DNA of 64,000 bases from Methylophaga sp. (GTDB lineage Bacteria; Pseudomonadota; Gammaproteobacteria; Nitrosococcales; Methylophagaceae), in the NCBI GenBank assembly GCA_002733105.1, contig NVUI01000008.1, positions 50,507 through 114,506 of the forward strand, given 5' to 3'. A program made the position numbers and the translations under genes. The notes beneath the pieces are model-generated. The model was not told where the DNA came from. It worked only from the letters and a program-made list of their open reading frames with translations, and made no database searches. Shown here piece by piece: positions 29,637-39,606 of the stretch; position 1 is the first letter of the stretch; the number at the start of each line of letters is the position of its first letter.

Positions 29637-30974
29637 TTAGGATCCTACTTTATTCAATATTCTAAGTTTTTTGAGATATTTTGATTTTTTTACTTGTTTA
29701 CCCCAAGCGTCATATAGCGTGACTAAATTTTCCAATGCAACTTTAAGTTCTGGTTTCAGTGCACTTGAGACTTCGAGCAATTCGAAGGCCTGTAAAAATA
29801 AAGGTTCTGCTTTCTTATATTGACGCTTGCTATAGAAAATAGCGGCAGCACGAGCCGCTATATTAGATGCTAGCTGTGGTGATTGCTGAAGTTTGTTATG
29901 AAGTTCAACACTTTGTAAATAAAGTTTGAGCGCTTCCTCTTTATTGCCTAGATCTTCTTCAAGACTGCCTAAATTACCCAGTATCAATGCCTGCTCAACA
30001 CTGTTGTCTTGTCCTAATTGATGCAATGTTGTTAACGCTTTTTGATAGAGAGGCTTAGCCTTATCGAATTGTTCTTTTTGTTGATGATCTAGTGCCAATT
30101 CATTAAGATTCATAACGTTTATCAGTGATGGTTTGTCTTGATGCTCCCGAGTCTTGGATGCTTGTACTCGTAGATGGATTGCTGCTGCTTGTTTGTTTTG
30201 TACATCAAGAATTACTGCCAATCGTTCTAGTGTTTCGGCGATACGAACATCATCCATTTTTAGTGTTTTCTGCTCATAACTAAGCTCTTGCTCTAATGCT
30301 TGTTGGGCTAATATTGCTTGTCCTCGTTTCATGTGAGCTTCGGCTAGTGCATAACTAATCTGGCGTATTTTTTCATTGAAAGATGAGGCTAGGTTTTCTT
30401 TTTGATATGTCTCCACAGTACTAGCCACGTCGATAGTAGCTTTGTAATATTGCAATTTATTATTGAGTCTGGTGAGTGCTTGTGCCGTTTTTAAAGCGGC
30501 ATCTCCATGTGTTTTTAGATTCTTACTTTGTATCAACCACGCTGATTGATAGGCTGTGATAGCTTGTCTTTCTTGACCTGATTGCTCCAGGAAATCACCT
30601 TTATTGAATAACATCATAGCTAATTTGGGGTGATCTTTTGCATATAACTGCTCGGCCAGTAGCAAGGCTTGATCAAGCGAGGTTAATGCTTTTTTTTTAT
30701 CACCTTTTGCCATCAGTACAAAGGCTAATAAATTAAGGCTACTGGCTTTAAATTTTAAGCCATTATCTGCTTTGTCAGCCCTAATAATAGCCTGATTAAG
30801 CAATGTTTCAGCATCGTTATAATTGCCCTGCTGATAAAATATTGTTGCTTGTTGCTGATAGTTTTGCCAACTGCTGTCTGCATGTAACAGTGGACTTAAT
30901 AACAGCATAACTAAGGCTGTAGATACCGATCCTAATACCAGTGAAACAGAGGCTGTAAAAAGTGAATGGAACAT
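29637..30974 (-). CDS. secreted/periplasmic tetratricopeptide-repeat protein
   Basis: Hydrophobic signal-like N-terminus (..LLLSPLLHA/DSS) followed by many 34-42-aa TPR-like units (..A..Y.QAL.L....G......A....NLA.....). The start lies 2 nt after the Slam stop. Confidence 0.7.
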   Translation of the reverse strand: MFHSLFTASVSLVLGSVSTALVMLLLSPLLHADSSWQNYQQQATIFYQQGNYNDAETLLNQAIIRADKADNGLKFKASSLNLLAFVLMAKGDKKKALTSLDQALLLAEQLYAKDHPKLAMMLFNKGDFLEQSGQERQAITAYQSAWLIQSKNLKTHGDAALKTAQALTRLNNKLQYYKATIDVASTVETYQKENLASSFNEKIRQISYALAEAHMKRGQAILAQQALEQELSYEQKTLKMDDVRIAETLERLAVILDVQNKQAAAIHLRVQASKTREHQDKPSLINVMNLNELALDHQQKEQFDKAKPLYQKALTTLHQLGQDNSVEQALILGNLGSLEEDLGNKEEALKLYLQSVELHNKLQQSPQLASNIAARAAAIFYSKRQYKKAEPLFLQAFELLEVSSALKPELKVALENLVTLYDAWGKQVKKSKYLKKLRILNKVGS

Positions 30975-30976
30975 GG

Positions 30977-32470
30977 TTAAAAGCTCCTTTCTAGTTTGAA
31001 ACTAATCTGATTACGCTGATGGCTGAATAGCCAATCCAGATTACTGTGAACAGTACGGTATCTTAAAGTAAGGTTAGGTGTGAAACCTGCAATCTTAAGT
31101 TTAGAAGCCTTTAAAACCACGGTATAGTTTTGCTCTATATCACTACGTTGCTCACCTAATATCTTACTAAATTCATGATTATCTCGTTTACGAACAGAGG
31201 CAAAAGCAACCGCATTAATACCATAAGAAAATTGTTTGGATACACCAAGTCTCAAACCCCATTGTGTATAAGCTAGCGTTTTCTCATTTGCCTTATTTTC
31301 TAACCAATCAATACCACCAAATACTATCCAGTTTTTAGGTAACATTTGCCATATTGTGGCATTAGCCGAATATGACTCCCCTTCAAAACGACTATGGCTT
31401 TCTTTTCGATAGTCTAGCTTTTTGTAATCTGCTTCTAATTTAAACATCCGTTTATTGGAGATATTTCGAGTCCATTCACTATGTAACCCCCATGCGCCAT
31501 AGCGTATTTCATTACCATAGGATAATAATTCAAAAGAAGGAGCGAACCGGATCTGATCATCTAAATCTTGATAACGATAACCGAATTGGCTAATGGATGT
31601 TGCTTCATTATAGTCACGATAATCTTCATAGCTTTGACCATAGAGCAAGGTGCGAAAGTACATGCCATGATGGCCACTGATAGGCAGCTGTTTATTGATA
31701 GTTAATTCGTAATCTACACCATGAGCCTCAAGGGCATCGGGAGTTTTTCGATCGTAGAGGCATTGACCTTGATAATATAAAAAACAAGTAAAACTCTCCG
31801 AAGATTGGTTGAGGTTATCATTCCATATTGCACCGACAGCAAATGAGCTAGTCCAACTATTTCTCTGTTCCAAGGCCTTAGTAAAACTCATAATGGTATT
31901 AATAACACCTTGTTGCTGACTATTTGTAGAGTCTAGTTTAAGATTAACTTTATCAAATTGTTGTTTAGCTTCTTTATCTTTATGGTCTTCAAATAATATT
32001 CGAGCAAGTTCAAGTTGCCCGGGTAAAAAGTCAGGGTTCAATGATAAAAGGTGGCGATATTCCGTCTCTGCTAGATCCATATCACCTTGAACTCTAGCCA
32101 GTGAGCCTCGAGCATAGGCTAATAATAAGGGATCAGCTTTAGCCAGACTTTGATATTCACTTAAAAAATAAAGCACTGCTTGCCACTGTCTTTGTTGAAT
32201 TGACACATAGATCGCACGACCCAAATCATTTGCATTATGTTTTACTGGATAAGACTTACCATTTAAGGTTATTTTTGGATGGTGTCCCTGCAGATAATCT
32301 TCATTTTTTAATAATTCCTGTTGCTCTTGATTTGTCTGCTGTTCAATAGATTGCTCTATCCGTAATCGCGTATCTAAATCATCAGCTACCGCGGTTAAGC
32401 TAATAAGTAGCGTGATAATTAAAGCAGTAATACGGTAATAATTAAACTGAGATTTTAATAACGGCGACAT
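30977..32470 (-). CDS. surface lipoprotein assembly modulator (Slam; DUF560 outer-membrane translocon, type XI secretion)
   Basis: Signal peptide, a periplasmic TPR segment (GDMDLAETEYRHLLSLNPDFLPGQLELARILFE), then a roughly 300-aa segment of alternating beta-strand pattern ending in a terminal F (..ISFKLERSF). It lies adjacent to a TbpB-like cargo and a TBDR. Confidence 0.8.
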   Translation of the reverse strand: MSPLLKSQFNYYRITALIITLLISLTAVADDLDTRLRIEQSIEQQTNQEQQELLKNEDYLQGHHPKITLNGKSYPVKHNANDLGRAIYVSIQQRQWQAVLYFLSEYQSLAKADPLLLAYARGSLARVQGDMDLAETEYRHLLSLNPDFLPGQLELARILFEDHKDKEAKQQFDKVNLKLDSTNSQQQGVINTIMSFTKALEQRNSWTSSFAVGAIWNDNLNQSSESFTCFLYYQGQCLYDRKTPDALEAHGVDYELTINKQLPISGHHGMYFRTLLYGQSYEDYRDYNEATSISQFGYRYQDLDDQIRFAPSFELLSYGNEIRYGAWGLHSEWTRNISNKRMFKLEADYKKLDYRKESHSRFEGESYSANATIWQMLPKNWIVFGGIDWLENKANEKTLAYTQWGLRLGVSKQFSYGINAVAFASVRKRDNHEFSKILGEQRSDIEQNYTVVLKASKLKIAGFTPNLTLRYRTVHSNLDWLFSHQRNQISFKLERSF

Positions 32471-32484
32471 AAAACAGGCTCATT

Positions 32485-32527
32485 AATAGAAAAAAGAAAA
32501 GCCGAGCATGACTTCCATGCTCGGCTT
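32485..32527 (-). terminator. strong intrinsic terminator between the cargo gene and the Slam gene
   Basis: On the minus strand a 12-bp perfect stem aagccgagcatg / catgctcggctt (5-nt loop) is followed by UUCUUUUUUCU. It ends 15 nt before the Slam ATG. Confidence 0.85.
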
Positions 32528-32549
32528 AACACAACACTGTTTTACAACA

Positions 32550-33311
32550 TTAATCCTTGGTACCACCAAATGAGGTATCAAAGATAGTTCCTGCAAAGTC
32601 AACCATACCCGCTAGGTCCGCTTGGCCATTGTAGAACTGACCAGAAACATCACCACCTGTAGCCGAGAAAATCGCAACTGTTGCGCTTGCTGTACCCGTA
32701 CCAGTAATAGACGCATCGGGATTAATGGTCACTGTACCGATATTGACAGAAGATAGTGCACTGGACATTGATCCTGTTAATGTTGAATTATCAAAATCAG
32801 CCGTAAAGGTTCCGCTTAGGGCACCATTTATTCCAGCATAGTAATTGTTAATACCTTTAACAGAATAAGTAGCAGTACCGGTTGTGGTGATTGATGTATC
32901 AGGATTATCACCTGCATAGTAGACTGTACGTGTTGCAGCAAAAGGTAATCCAGTATCAGACCATTCGCCAAACCAAATATCGCTAGTACCCACTTGGGCA
33001 AAATTAAAGACACCTAAATCATCATGGTCAACAGGTGCACCGCTATAAGGGAAGCTCAAGCTATAAACACCATTAACAGGGCTGGTGAAACCAGCCAAAC
33101 CTTGGAAATCAACCAATAAGCCGGAGAATACTGGAAAGGCGATACCTGTTCTACCAGCGGTATGAGGTGGCATATTGAAATTTGATACGCCCACTGTAAT
33201 ATTTGTAATATTAGATGATCCACCTACTACTGTGATTGCTTGAGCCTGACCTGCAAGAGCAAAGGTAGTTAATGCAAGTGCAATGCTACTGATTAATTGT
33301 AACTTTTTCAT
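32550..33311 (-). CDS. secreted TbpB-like/hemophilin-like beta-barrel protein (putative Slam cargo, non-lipidated)
   Basis: SPase-I signal (..AGQAQA/ITVV) and no Cys anywhere. The C-terminal half has the 8-strand barrel pattern of Slam substrates (ATYSVKG.., GTFTADFDNSTLTGS.., ITGTG.., VSGQFYNGQADLAGMVDF.., ending SFGGTKD). Confidence 0.72.
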   Translation of the reverse strand: MKKLQLISSIALALTTFALAGQAQAITVVGGSSNITNITVGVSNFNMPPHTAGRTGIAFPVFSGLLVDFQGLAGFTSPVNGVYSLSFPYSGAPVDHDDLGVFNFAQVGTSDIWFGEWSDTGLPFAATRTVYYAGDNPDTSITTTGTATYSVKGINNYYAGINGALSGTFTADFDNSTLTGSMSSALSSVNIGTVTINPDASITGTGTASATVAIFSATGGDVSGQFYNGQADLAGMVDFAGTIFDTSFGGTKD

Positions 33312-33405
33312 TTTATAACTCCTGATTGTGATTACTTATTTTCAAAGTGAAAATAAGGTGTAACTAACAAAGAGGCCTCTTTGTGTTTTCTGACCGAACG
33401 TTTTA

Positions 33406-36400
33406 TTAAAAACGGGCAGTCAAACTTAGTTTTAGGGTCCTACCCGGCGCCGCCATCGCAGAGCGGGTGGCCGGATCAACATAATATTGGTCGCTTAAAT
33501 TGCTGCCGCTTAACTCAACAATAAGCTCATCATTAATGTTGTAACGGGCATAGGCATCCATAATAATCACTTCATCCCAACTATAAGCCGTGTTAAAGGT
33601 ATATCTGTATCCAGGGTTACCGGTGGTGAAAATATGATCGAGGTACCAGTCTAGATCATCATTTTCATACTCTTTATAGTAGGTAAAGCGGCTACCAAGT
33701 TCTAATTTCCGTTTAAAAAATCGGCCGCCAACAGACCAATTGGCTGATAATTTTGGAGTGGCTTGTACCAACTGATAACCACTGGGAAATCCATATTCAA
33801 AACAGGTGGGTATAGGATTTTTAATGGAGTGAAGTAAGCCCGTAACAGAGAGTTGAGCGGCAGAGTCTTTATCACAAATTTCATTTTGCAAGGTGTAATT
33901 AACACCTAATTGAGTGAAAAATCGGCCACTATCATAGCGAAAGTCCAGTTCAATACCTTTTATTTTCTGCTCATCAATATTATTAAATGTAAAATTAGTA
34001 TCACGCTCAATCACATTTTTAGTGAGATTCTGATAATAGGTCAGTTTAATATCAGCATATTCAGCATCGGGTAACCACTGGGTTAAATCATGCACATAAC
34101 CTATTTCCCAGTTATAAGCATGTTCTGGTTTTAAACTAAAAGCTCTTGTGTTGGCAGAAAAGCCAATGGTGCTTTCAAACATACTGGGGTAACGTAAAGT
34201 TTCAGCATATTTAAAATAGCCGCGGCTATGCTCGGTAAATTCATAAGCCGCTGTTAAATGTGGCACCCAGCCATGGTCTTTCTGTTTTTTTGCTTTTTGA
34301 GGTTCGGATTTTGTTTGCGGAAGGCCAATACAACTAGATATATCTGGTACGTCTGATAAATCACCATTACTGCAAGGGTTGGTGCTTAGATCATAATTGC
34401 CATCGGCATCTGGATACCAATTGCCAGCACTATTATTATGTGTGCTACTGCCAAGGAGAATAGGATTACTTTTATAGGCCGCTAATAAAGTTTCATATAG
34501 ATTCTTAGTCGCAGCATCTGGAGCTAGTGCGATAAAAAGTTCAAGTTGTGCGATAAAATTATCACGTACTACCTGATTAGCTTGTAGCTCTGCGGTAGTA
34601 TAGGGCGTAAAGGTACTATAACTAAGCTGGTAATGAGTAAGATTAAATTGTGTAAAATCATTGTGTTTATCTAAAAAATCATCAAAAGCCCAATAAGATG
34701 AATAGGTCATACCACCATTTATTGTTAAACGATTGGTAGTTTGCCATGCTAGGTCAAAATTACCATCCCATTCTTGACGGCGGCCTGCTCGGGGGAAACT
34801 GTGGAAAGGAATTGTCTTGGTAAATTCATAATCATCAGCTGAAGACAGTTTTTCACGTTGAAAATGGCCACCAACAGTTAAATCTAATTTACTCGATAGA
34901 TTCATCTTATTGCTAATGGTTAAGCCAGCACGGGTATTAGTAGAATTAACGGCAGCACCATCAACCAACAGACCATCTATTGGGGTACCATTATCGATTC
35001 TCTGCTGATTAGGAAAGCCGCCCGAGGTATAAGTATCACTCTCGGTATCGGTATACCAAAGCGTGCTTTGTAAATCTAGCCATTTATTATCAACCGGCTT
35101 ATAACTATAGTCGATGTTATATGCCTTGGATGTGACCTCACTTAAAGGCCATTGCACCTCACCAGCAGCATCCGAACTCACTATTCTTGATGGCATGATT
35201 TCACCATAAGTGCTATCTGAATGGCGATAATTTAGGCTTAGTTTTTGATCATCCGTAATATGCCAACTACTTTTTAATAACCACGATGCCATCTTGCTGG
35301 AGGTATTATGTACTTCATCCCCCGGTTGCCACAAGCCGGCCAGTGCTCGAATTCGATCGCGAAATTCTTTTGCATCGGTAACACTACTAGAATAATAGTC
35401 AGAATTATTATTACCGGAAAAATAATTACCGCGTTCACGGTAGGCATAGGCTGCTAAAAAATCAAACTTATCTAATGTTTTGGCCGCCGCTAGACGATAG
35501 GAATAATCGTTACCATTAAGTGGATTAAGATCATTACCTGATTTTGATTTAGGTGTCACTCGCAGTGTTAAATCATTAAAAGGAGCAACAGCATTGGCAG
35601 GGTAGCCCGCTACATTGGTCGCCAACTCGCCAGTGTGTAAATCTGGCACCCGTTCATCAACGGCGTTACTACTGCCCTCGACTTTTAATTCAATACCAAA
35701 ATCTTCACCCTCTTCAATAATATCTGCAGGCTGCAAAGTCGTTACCACCATCGCACCACCGACACCACTATTTACATCACGTTCATTGGTGGCACCTTTG
35801 TGAATTTGGATAGAACCAATAAGATTAGGATCAATATAGTTACGATTGGTAGCACCGTTATAGCCCCGCCATACGGTCAGTGCTTGTTCGGTACCATCAA
35901 TAATCACTGGCACACGACCAGGCCCTTGAATACCACGAATATTGAGATCGAGGGCGCCACTATTACGCGCTTCACCACTGAATACTCCTGCGATCCCTTG
36001 CAGCAGATCTGATGGAGTGGTGCCTTTGTAACGCTCTATTTCCACTTTCCCCATATAAGTGGTAGAGGTATTTTTATCATAAACATCGTCATAGCCTATT
36101 TCATCTCGACCATAGCCAGACTGGCGAGAACTTTCGACTGTTATAGTCGGGATATTAGTCACATCACCAACTTGTTTGGCTTTGATGGTATAACTGCCAT
36201 TTTGAGCTTGTACGATCAGACCTGTTCCTGCCAAGATACGAGTTAATGCACTGTTTATTGAATAAGTGCCTTGAACACCGTTACTTCGTTTTCCTGCGGT
36301 CAAAGATGCATTAATTGAAAGATCAATCCCTGCTTTCAATGCAAAATCATTGAGCACTTTATCCAGTGAACCCTGGCTAATTGAATAGTGATGTGCACTA

Positions 36401-36519
36401 GCTTGACGAGTATTCTCTGCTGACCAAGCCAATGGGCTTAATCCTGCAAAAAGGGCCATACTGATTGCTAGTTGTATTAATGCAAATGGTGTTAACGGAC
36501 AGCGCTTTGTTGCTTTCAT
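33406..36519 (-). CDS. TonB-dependent receptor with N-terminal STN signalling domain (transducer type), 1037 aa
   Basis: Signal peptide, STN domain (YSISQGSLDKVLNDFALKAGIDLS...SYTIK), plug (..DLLQGIAGV..., IRGIQG.GRVPVIIDG), a long barrel and terminal ..LSLTARF. Confidence 0.92.
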   Translation of the reverse strand: MKATKRCPLTPFALIQLAISMALFAGLSPLAWSAENTRQASAHHYSISQGSLDKVLNDFALKAGIDLSINASLTAGKRSNGVQGTYSINSALTRILAGTGLIVQAQNGSYTIKAKQVGDVTNIPTITVESSRQSGYGRDEIGYDDVYDKNTSTTYMGKVEIERYKGTTPSDLLQGIAGVFSGEARNSGALDLNIRGIQGPGRVPVIIDGTEQALTVWRGYNGATNRNYIDPNLIGSIQIHKGATNERDVNSGVGGAMVVTTLQPADIIEEGEDFGIELKVEGSSNAVDERVPDLHTGELATNVAGYPANAVAPFNDLTLRVTPKSKSGNDLNPLNGNDYSYRLAAAKTLDKFDFLAAYAYRERGNYFSGNNNSDYYSSSVTDAKEFRDRIRALAGLWQPGDEVHNTSSKMASWLLKSSWHITDDQKLSLNYRHSDSTYGEIMPSRIVSSDAAGEVQWPLSEVTSKAYNIDYSYKPVDNKWLDLQSTLWYTDTESDTYTSGGFPNQQRIDNGTPIDGLLVDGAAVNSTNTRAGLTISNKMNLSSKLDLTVGGHFQREKLSSADDYEFTKTIPFHSFPRAGRRQEWDGNFDLAWQTTNRLTINGGMTYSSYWAFDDFLDKHNDFTQFNLTHYQLSYSTFTPYTTAELQANQVVRDNFIAQLELFIALAPDAATKNLYETLLAAYKSNPILLGSSTHNNSAGNWYPDADGNYDLSTNPCSNGDLSDVPDISSCIGLPQTKSEPQKAKKQKDHGWVPHLTAAYEFTEHSRGYFKYAETLRYPSMFESTIGFSANTRAFSLKPEHAYNWEIGYVHDLTQWLPDAEYADIKLTYYQNLTKNVIERDTNFTFNNIDEQKIKGIELDFRYDSGRFFTQLGVNYTLQNEICDKDSAAQLSVTGLLHSIKNPIPTCFEYGFPSGYQLVQATPKLSANWSVGGRFFKRKLELGSRFTYYKEYENDDLDWYLDHIFTTGNPGYRYTFNTAYSWDEVIIMDAYARYNINDELIVELSGSNLSDQYYVDPATRSAMAAPGRTLKLSLTARF

Positions 36520-36590
36520 TCTTTAGAAATTACTCTGCTAATGGTCTATACCTCTAAATACCGAATGAAAAGTTAAAACCCGCAACAAAT

Positions 36591-36609
36591 AGTAATAATT
36601 CTTATTATC
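36591..36609 (-). promoter_or_regulatory. possible Fur box upstream of the TBDR gene
   Basis: Minus-strand gataataagaattattact matches the 19-mer GATAATGATAATCATTATC at about 14/19 by hand. Confidence 0.35.
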
Positions 36610-36660
36610 AATTAGAGCAGAAAGAGTTAAGGATGAAATAAATCCTCTAAATGAAAGAGG

Positions 36661-37611
36661 CTAAACGGCAGAGATAGTGACCCAATAACGAGTAAGTCGA
36701 TTGAGTTTAATAGGTAGACTGGCACGCAGTTGTTGTAAAATACGATCAGTATCTTTAAGGGTAAATACACCTGTTACGGCTAAATGATTAAGTGCCGGTG
36801 ATACGCGTAATACACCTTTTCTATAACGGCTTAGTTCTTCAATAAAGTCAGTTAATGGCATTCTATTAACGACTAATTTACCTATTACCCAGCTAATCGC
36901 ATCAGGATTAACTTTTTGAATGGACTGGGTTTCACTAGTGTTAAACGCAAGACTGTTGCCAGGGTTTAATATGGTAGTTGCTTGCATATCATGCCCAGTC
37001 ACATGAGCCGGTTGTCCTCGATATAAACTTACACGGGTGTATTTACTAGTATGCCTAACGTGGAGTTGGCCTTTATCAAGCCTGATTAATCCATTTGGGG
37101 TTTTAACATGGTAGGGCTGCGAACCTGGTGAATCAAGCAAAAACTCTCCGTAATCGAGGGCGAGTGTATTTGCTGTTGGCATCGCCATAACCGTGGCAGT
37201 ATTGATGGTTAACTGACTACTATCAGCTAACACTACACTTTTTATTTCTCCCGTTGCCGTTGTGAACGCTGATGTGCCCATAAAATTAGCTAGTAATTGA
37301 TTATAATTCCCTTCGTTTTGATACATAGTTGATGCAAGAAATCCACCCGTTGCAAAACCCGTTAGACTGAGGAATCGTCGCCTCGACAATTGTCGACTAC
37401 GAGTAATAATACGAGATGCTTCTTTGGGTACTTCGCCAAAACGCTCTTGGGCATTCATTAAACATTGCCAAGCATGTTCATTTTTTGGATCTTCATCACG
37501 CCATGCTTTGCAGGCATCATGGTCTTGGTCTGATGGGATGTCGGACCAAAGTCTAGCCATCCAATGCGCTGCTGTTTGAATGCGTTCAACATCAGGGCTA
37601 TTTTGCATCAT
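36661..37611 (-). CDS. FecR-family anti-sigma factor / signal transducer
   Basis: N-terminal A.HW..RL......D....W...DP.N..AW motif, a single TM (FLSLTGFATGGFLAS) and a periplasmic FecR domain. It overlaps the sigma gene by 4 nt. Confidence 0.9.
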   Translation of the reverse strand: MMQNSPDVERIQTAAHWMARLWSDIPSDQDHDACKAWRDEDPKNEHAWQCLMNAQERFGEVPKEASRIITRSRQLSRRRFLSLTGFATGGFLASTMYQNEGNYNQLLANFMGTSAFTTATGEIKSVVLADSSQLTINTATVMAMPTANTLALDYGEFLLDSPGSQPYHVKTPNGLIRLDKGQLHVRHTSKYTRVSLYRGQPAHVTGHDMQATTILNPGNSLAFNTSETQSIQKVNPDAISWVIGKLVVNRMPLTDFIEELSRYRKGVLRVSPALNHLAVTGVFTLKDTDRILQQLRASLPIKLNRLTRYWVTISAV

Positions 37612-38126
37612 AGATTATGCTTTAGCATGGCTATAGTGCAGGCCGCTAATCCTCTAGCAATGTATTTTTCTACTGATGATACCGAGACTTTAAGTTGTTC
37701 AGCAATAGTACGGTAGCTAAGCCCTTCTATCCGTCGCAAAAGGAATGCTTGTCGAGCTTTTTCAGGCAGATTATGTAGTAATTCATCCACTTCAATTAAT
37801 GTTTCTATGGTCTGCAAACGATGTTCTGGTGATTCTTGATTCACCTCAGGTAGTTGGCGAATCGTATCTAAATAAGCTTGCTCTATTCTCCAACGTCGAG
37901 CTTGATCAACAAGTAGACCTTTTGCCACACGAGTTAGATATTGTCGGGCGTACTCCTCTGGAGGGATTTTTCCACTCACTAATATTTTTAAATATGTATC
38001 CTGTAGCAGATCTGCTGCTTGGTGTGAGCAATGGAGTCTTTTTCGTAGAAATATTGATAACCAAGCTTGATGTGCTTGATAAAGTTGAGTTAGATCAGTT
38101 TGCATTTTGTATGTTATTTTGTTCAT
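37608..38126 (-). CDS. FecI-type ECF sigma-70 factor
   Basis: Region 2 (..LQDTYLKIL..) and region 4 HTH (EGLSYRTIAEQLKVSVSSVEKYIARGL). I place the start at MNKITYK (38126); the tracked start at 38189 would bury the Fur box inside the ORF. Confidence 0.88.
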   Translation of the reverse strand: MNKITYKMQTDLTQLYQAHQAWLSIFLRKRLHCSHQAADLLQDTYLKILVSGKIPPEEYARQYLTRVAKGLLVDQARRWRIEQAYLDTIRQLPEVNQESPEHRLQTIETLIEVDELLHNLPEKARQAFLLRRIEGLSYRTIAEQLKVSVSSVEKYIARGLAACTIAMLKHNL

Positions 38127-38156
38127 ACCATTAAAATCTCTATACACAAATCCAAC

Positions 38157-38175
38157 CTTAATGATAATCATTCTC
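38157..38175. promoter_or_regulatory. Fur box upstream of the ECF sigma gene
   Basis: cttaatgataatcattctc matches GATAATGATAATCATTATC at about 16/19 by hand, 31 nt upstream of the proposed start. Confidence 0.7.
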
Positions 38176-38378
38176 ATTACTATTAACAAACAAAATGTAC
38201 ATTTTTTAATAAACGTTAATGCATGCTTAGGTAATTCATTGTATTTAGTAGAAAAATAAGTATGTAGAGATCATTTATTATTCTTACCTAGCGCAAATAA
38301 AATGATGAAATGTAGTCCTCTATAACAATCACATGAAAATTCTTGTTGTTTGGCCGTCATACAAACCTGTCAATTAGC

Positions 38379-39200
38379 TCACCTAATTTGAAACTGAACT
38401 GGGACGATTAACTCTAATACTTCTTTACCCATTTCTTTAGGAAAAGGTGGTAGTGGCTGTGCTCGCTTTATCATCGCTTCAACCTCATCATCAAGCTGCG
38501 AATATCCCGAGCTTTGTTTGATCGTATAACTAAGCACATTACCCTGGCGATCCATTTTGAAATAAAGAAGTACAACTCCTTCATGTCCTCTCCTACGTGC
38601 ACGGCGTGGGTATTTTTTATGCTTTTCTAACCAGCTTTGTAGCAGTGCCATATAATTAGTTGTTGTTCCTTTGATTCCACCACCCGAACTAGCATCACCA
38701 TCATCTCTATCTTGTTTATCTTTTGTGCCTGACACTGCCATTGTTCCTGATGAACTAGATTTGCTAGGGACTTGTTTAACTTTTTTTACTGGCTTAGCTT
38801 TTTTGACTAGCTGAGATTTAGCTGTCACTTTTTTAACAACTTTAGGAACTTTCTTTATAACAACTTCAGCTTCTTTTTTTACTTCCTCAGGTGCCTCTTC
38901 TGAAATAGCTTCTGGCTCAACGTGTTCTACAATCGGTTCTTCAACTTTTTCAGGTTCAGGCTCTTCTATTTCTTCAGTTTCAGTTGCTTCTTCATCAACC
39001 GAGGTTTCATTAGTTTCTTCAGTAGCAGGTGCAGGAATACCACCCGCTGGGCCTAAAGAAATATCAATACCCTGCAACCCAACCTCTTTAGCCGTTGCCT
39101 CTGATGCTTCTTCGTGAACAAAAGTGACAAACAAACCAATATGTAAAAAGAGTGCAAACAAACATGCATAAATCCATTGTCTGGTACTGAAAACTGTCAT
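38379..39200 (-). CDS. tonB: TonB energy transducer
   Basis: N-terminal anchor, a long Glu/Pro/Lys/Val-rich spacer, and a C-terminal TonB domain (YP..ARRRGHEGVVLLYF..D..G.V......SSGY..LD.E...I.RA.PLPP.P). Confidence 0.9.
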   Translation of the reverse strand: MTVFSTRQWIYACLFALFLHIGLFVTFVHEEASEATAKEVGLQGIDISLGPAGGIPAPATEETNETSVDEEATETEEIEEPEPEKVEEPIVEHVEPEAISEEAPEEVKKEAEVVIKKVPKVVKKVTAKSQLVKKAKPVKKVKQVPSKSSSSGTMAVSGTKDKQDRDDGDASSGGGIKGTTTNYMALLQSWLEKHKKYPRRARRRGHEGVVLLYFKMDRQGNVLSYTIKQSSGYSQLDDEVEAMIKRAQPLPPFPKEMGKEVLELIVPVQFQIR

Positions 39201-39604
39201 TCTTTTTTTACTAAGGTCAGCAGCTGTAGTTTTTTCACACCAGCAGTACGTAAAATCTCCATGATCTCCACCACATCAATCGCTTCTACTTGTGCATCTG
39301 CTTTTAGTTGCACTTGTATTTCACTTTTTGATTTCATCTGTTCTACGACTATTTGTTCAAGTTCATTCTTTTCAATTGATCCACCATCAAAAACTAATCT
39401 GCCATCCGCAGCAAGCAATATGACGGTATCTCCTATTTGGGTTTTACCATCACTGTCTGAAACGGGTGGATCAATACGGAATGGATCGGCTACTGATAAA
39501 TGTCCTGCAACCATAAAAAATATTAACAACAAAAAGACAATATTGATTAACGGTAAAATACTGTCTTCATTATTTTGAGGGCGTTGTCGTTGTGGAAATT
39601 GCAT
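39197..39604 (-). CDS. exbD: ExbD/TolR-family biopolymer transport protein
   Basis: LPLINIVFLLLIFFM TM block followed by a periplasmic domain. Its stop overlaps the tonB start (ATGA). Confidence 0.88.
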   Translation of the reverse strand: MQFPQRQRPQNNEDSILPLINIVFLLLIFFMVAGHLSVADPFRIDPPVSDSDGKTQIGDTVILLAADGRLVFDGGSIEKNELEQIVVEQMKSKSEIQVQLKADAQVEAIDVVEIMEILRTAGVKKLQLLTLVKKE

Positions 39605-39606
39605 AG

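Noticed and set aside
33335-33384. Two hairpins (33335..33357 and palindrome 33367..33384) between the TBDR stop and the cargo gene start, considered as terminators
   Set aside because: Neither is followed by a U-run on the minus (coding) strand. They may be RNA processing or stability elements, but the evidence is too thin to annotate.
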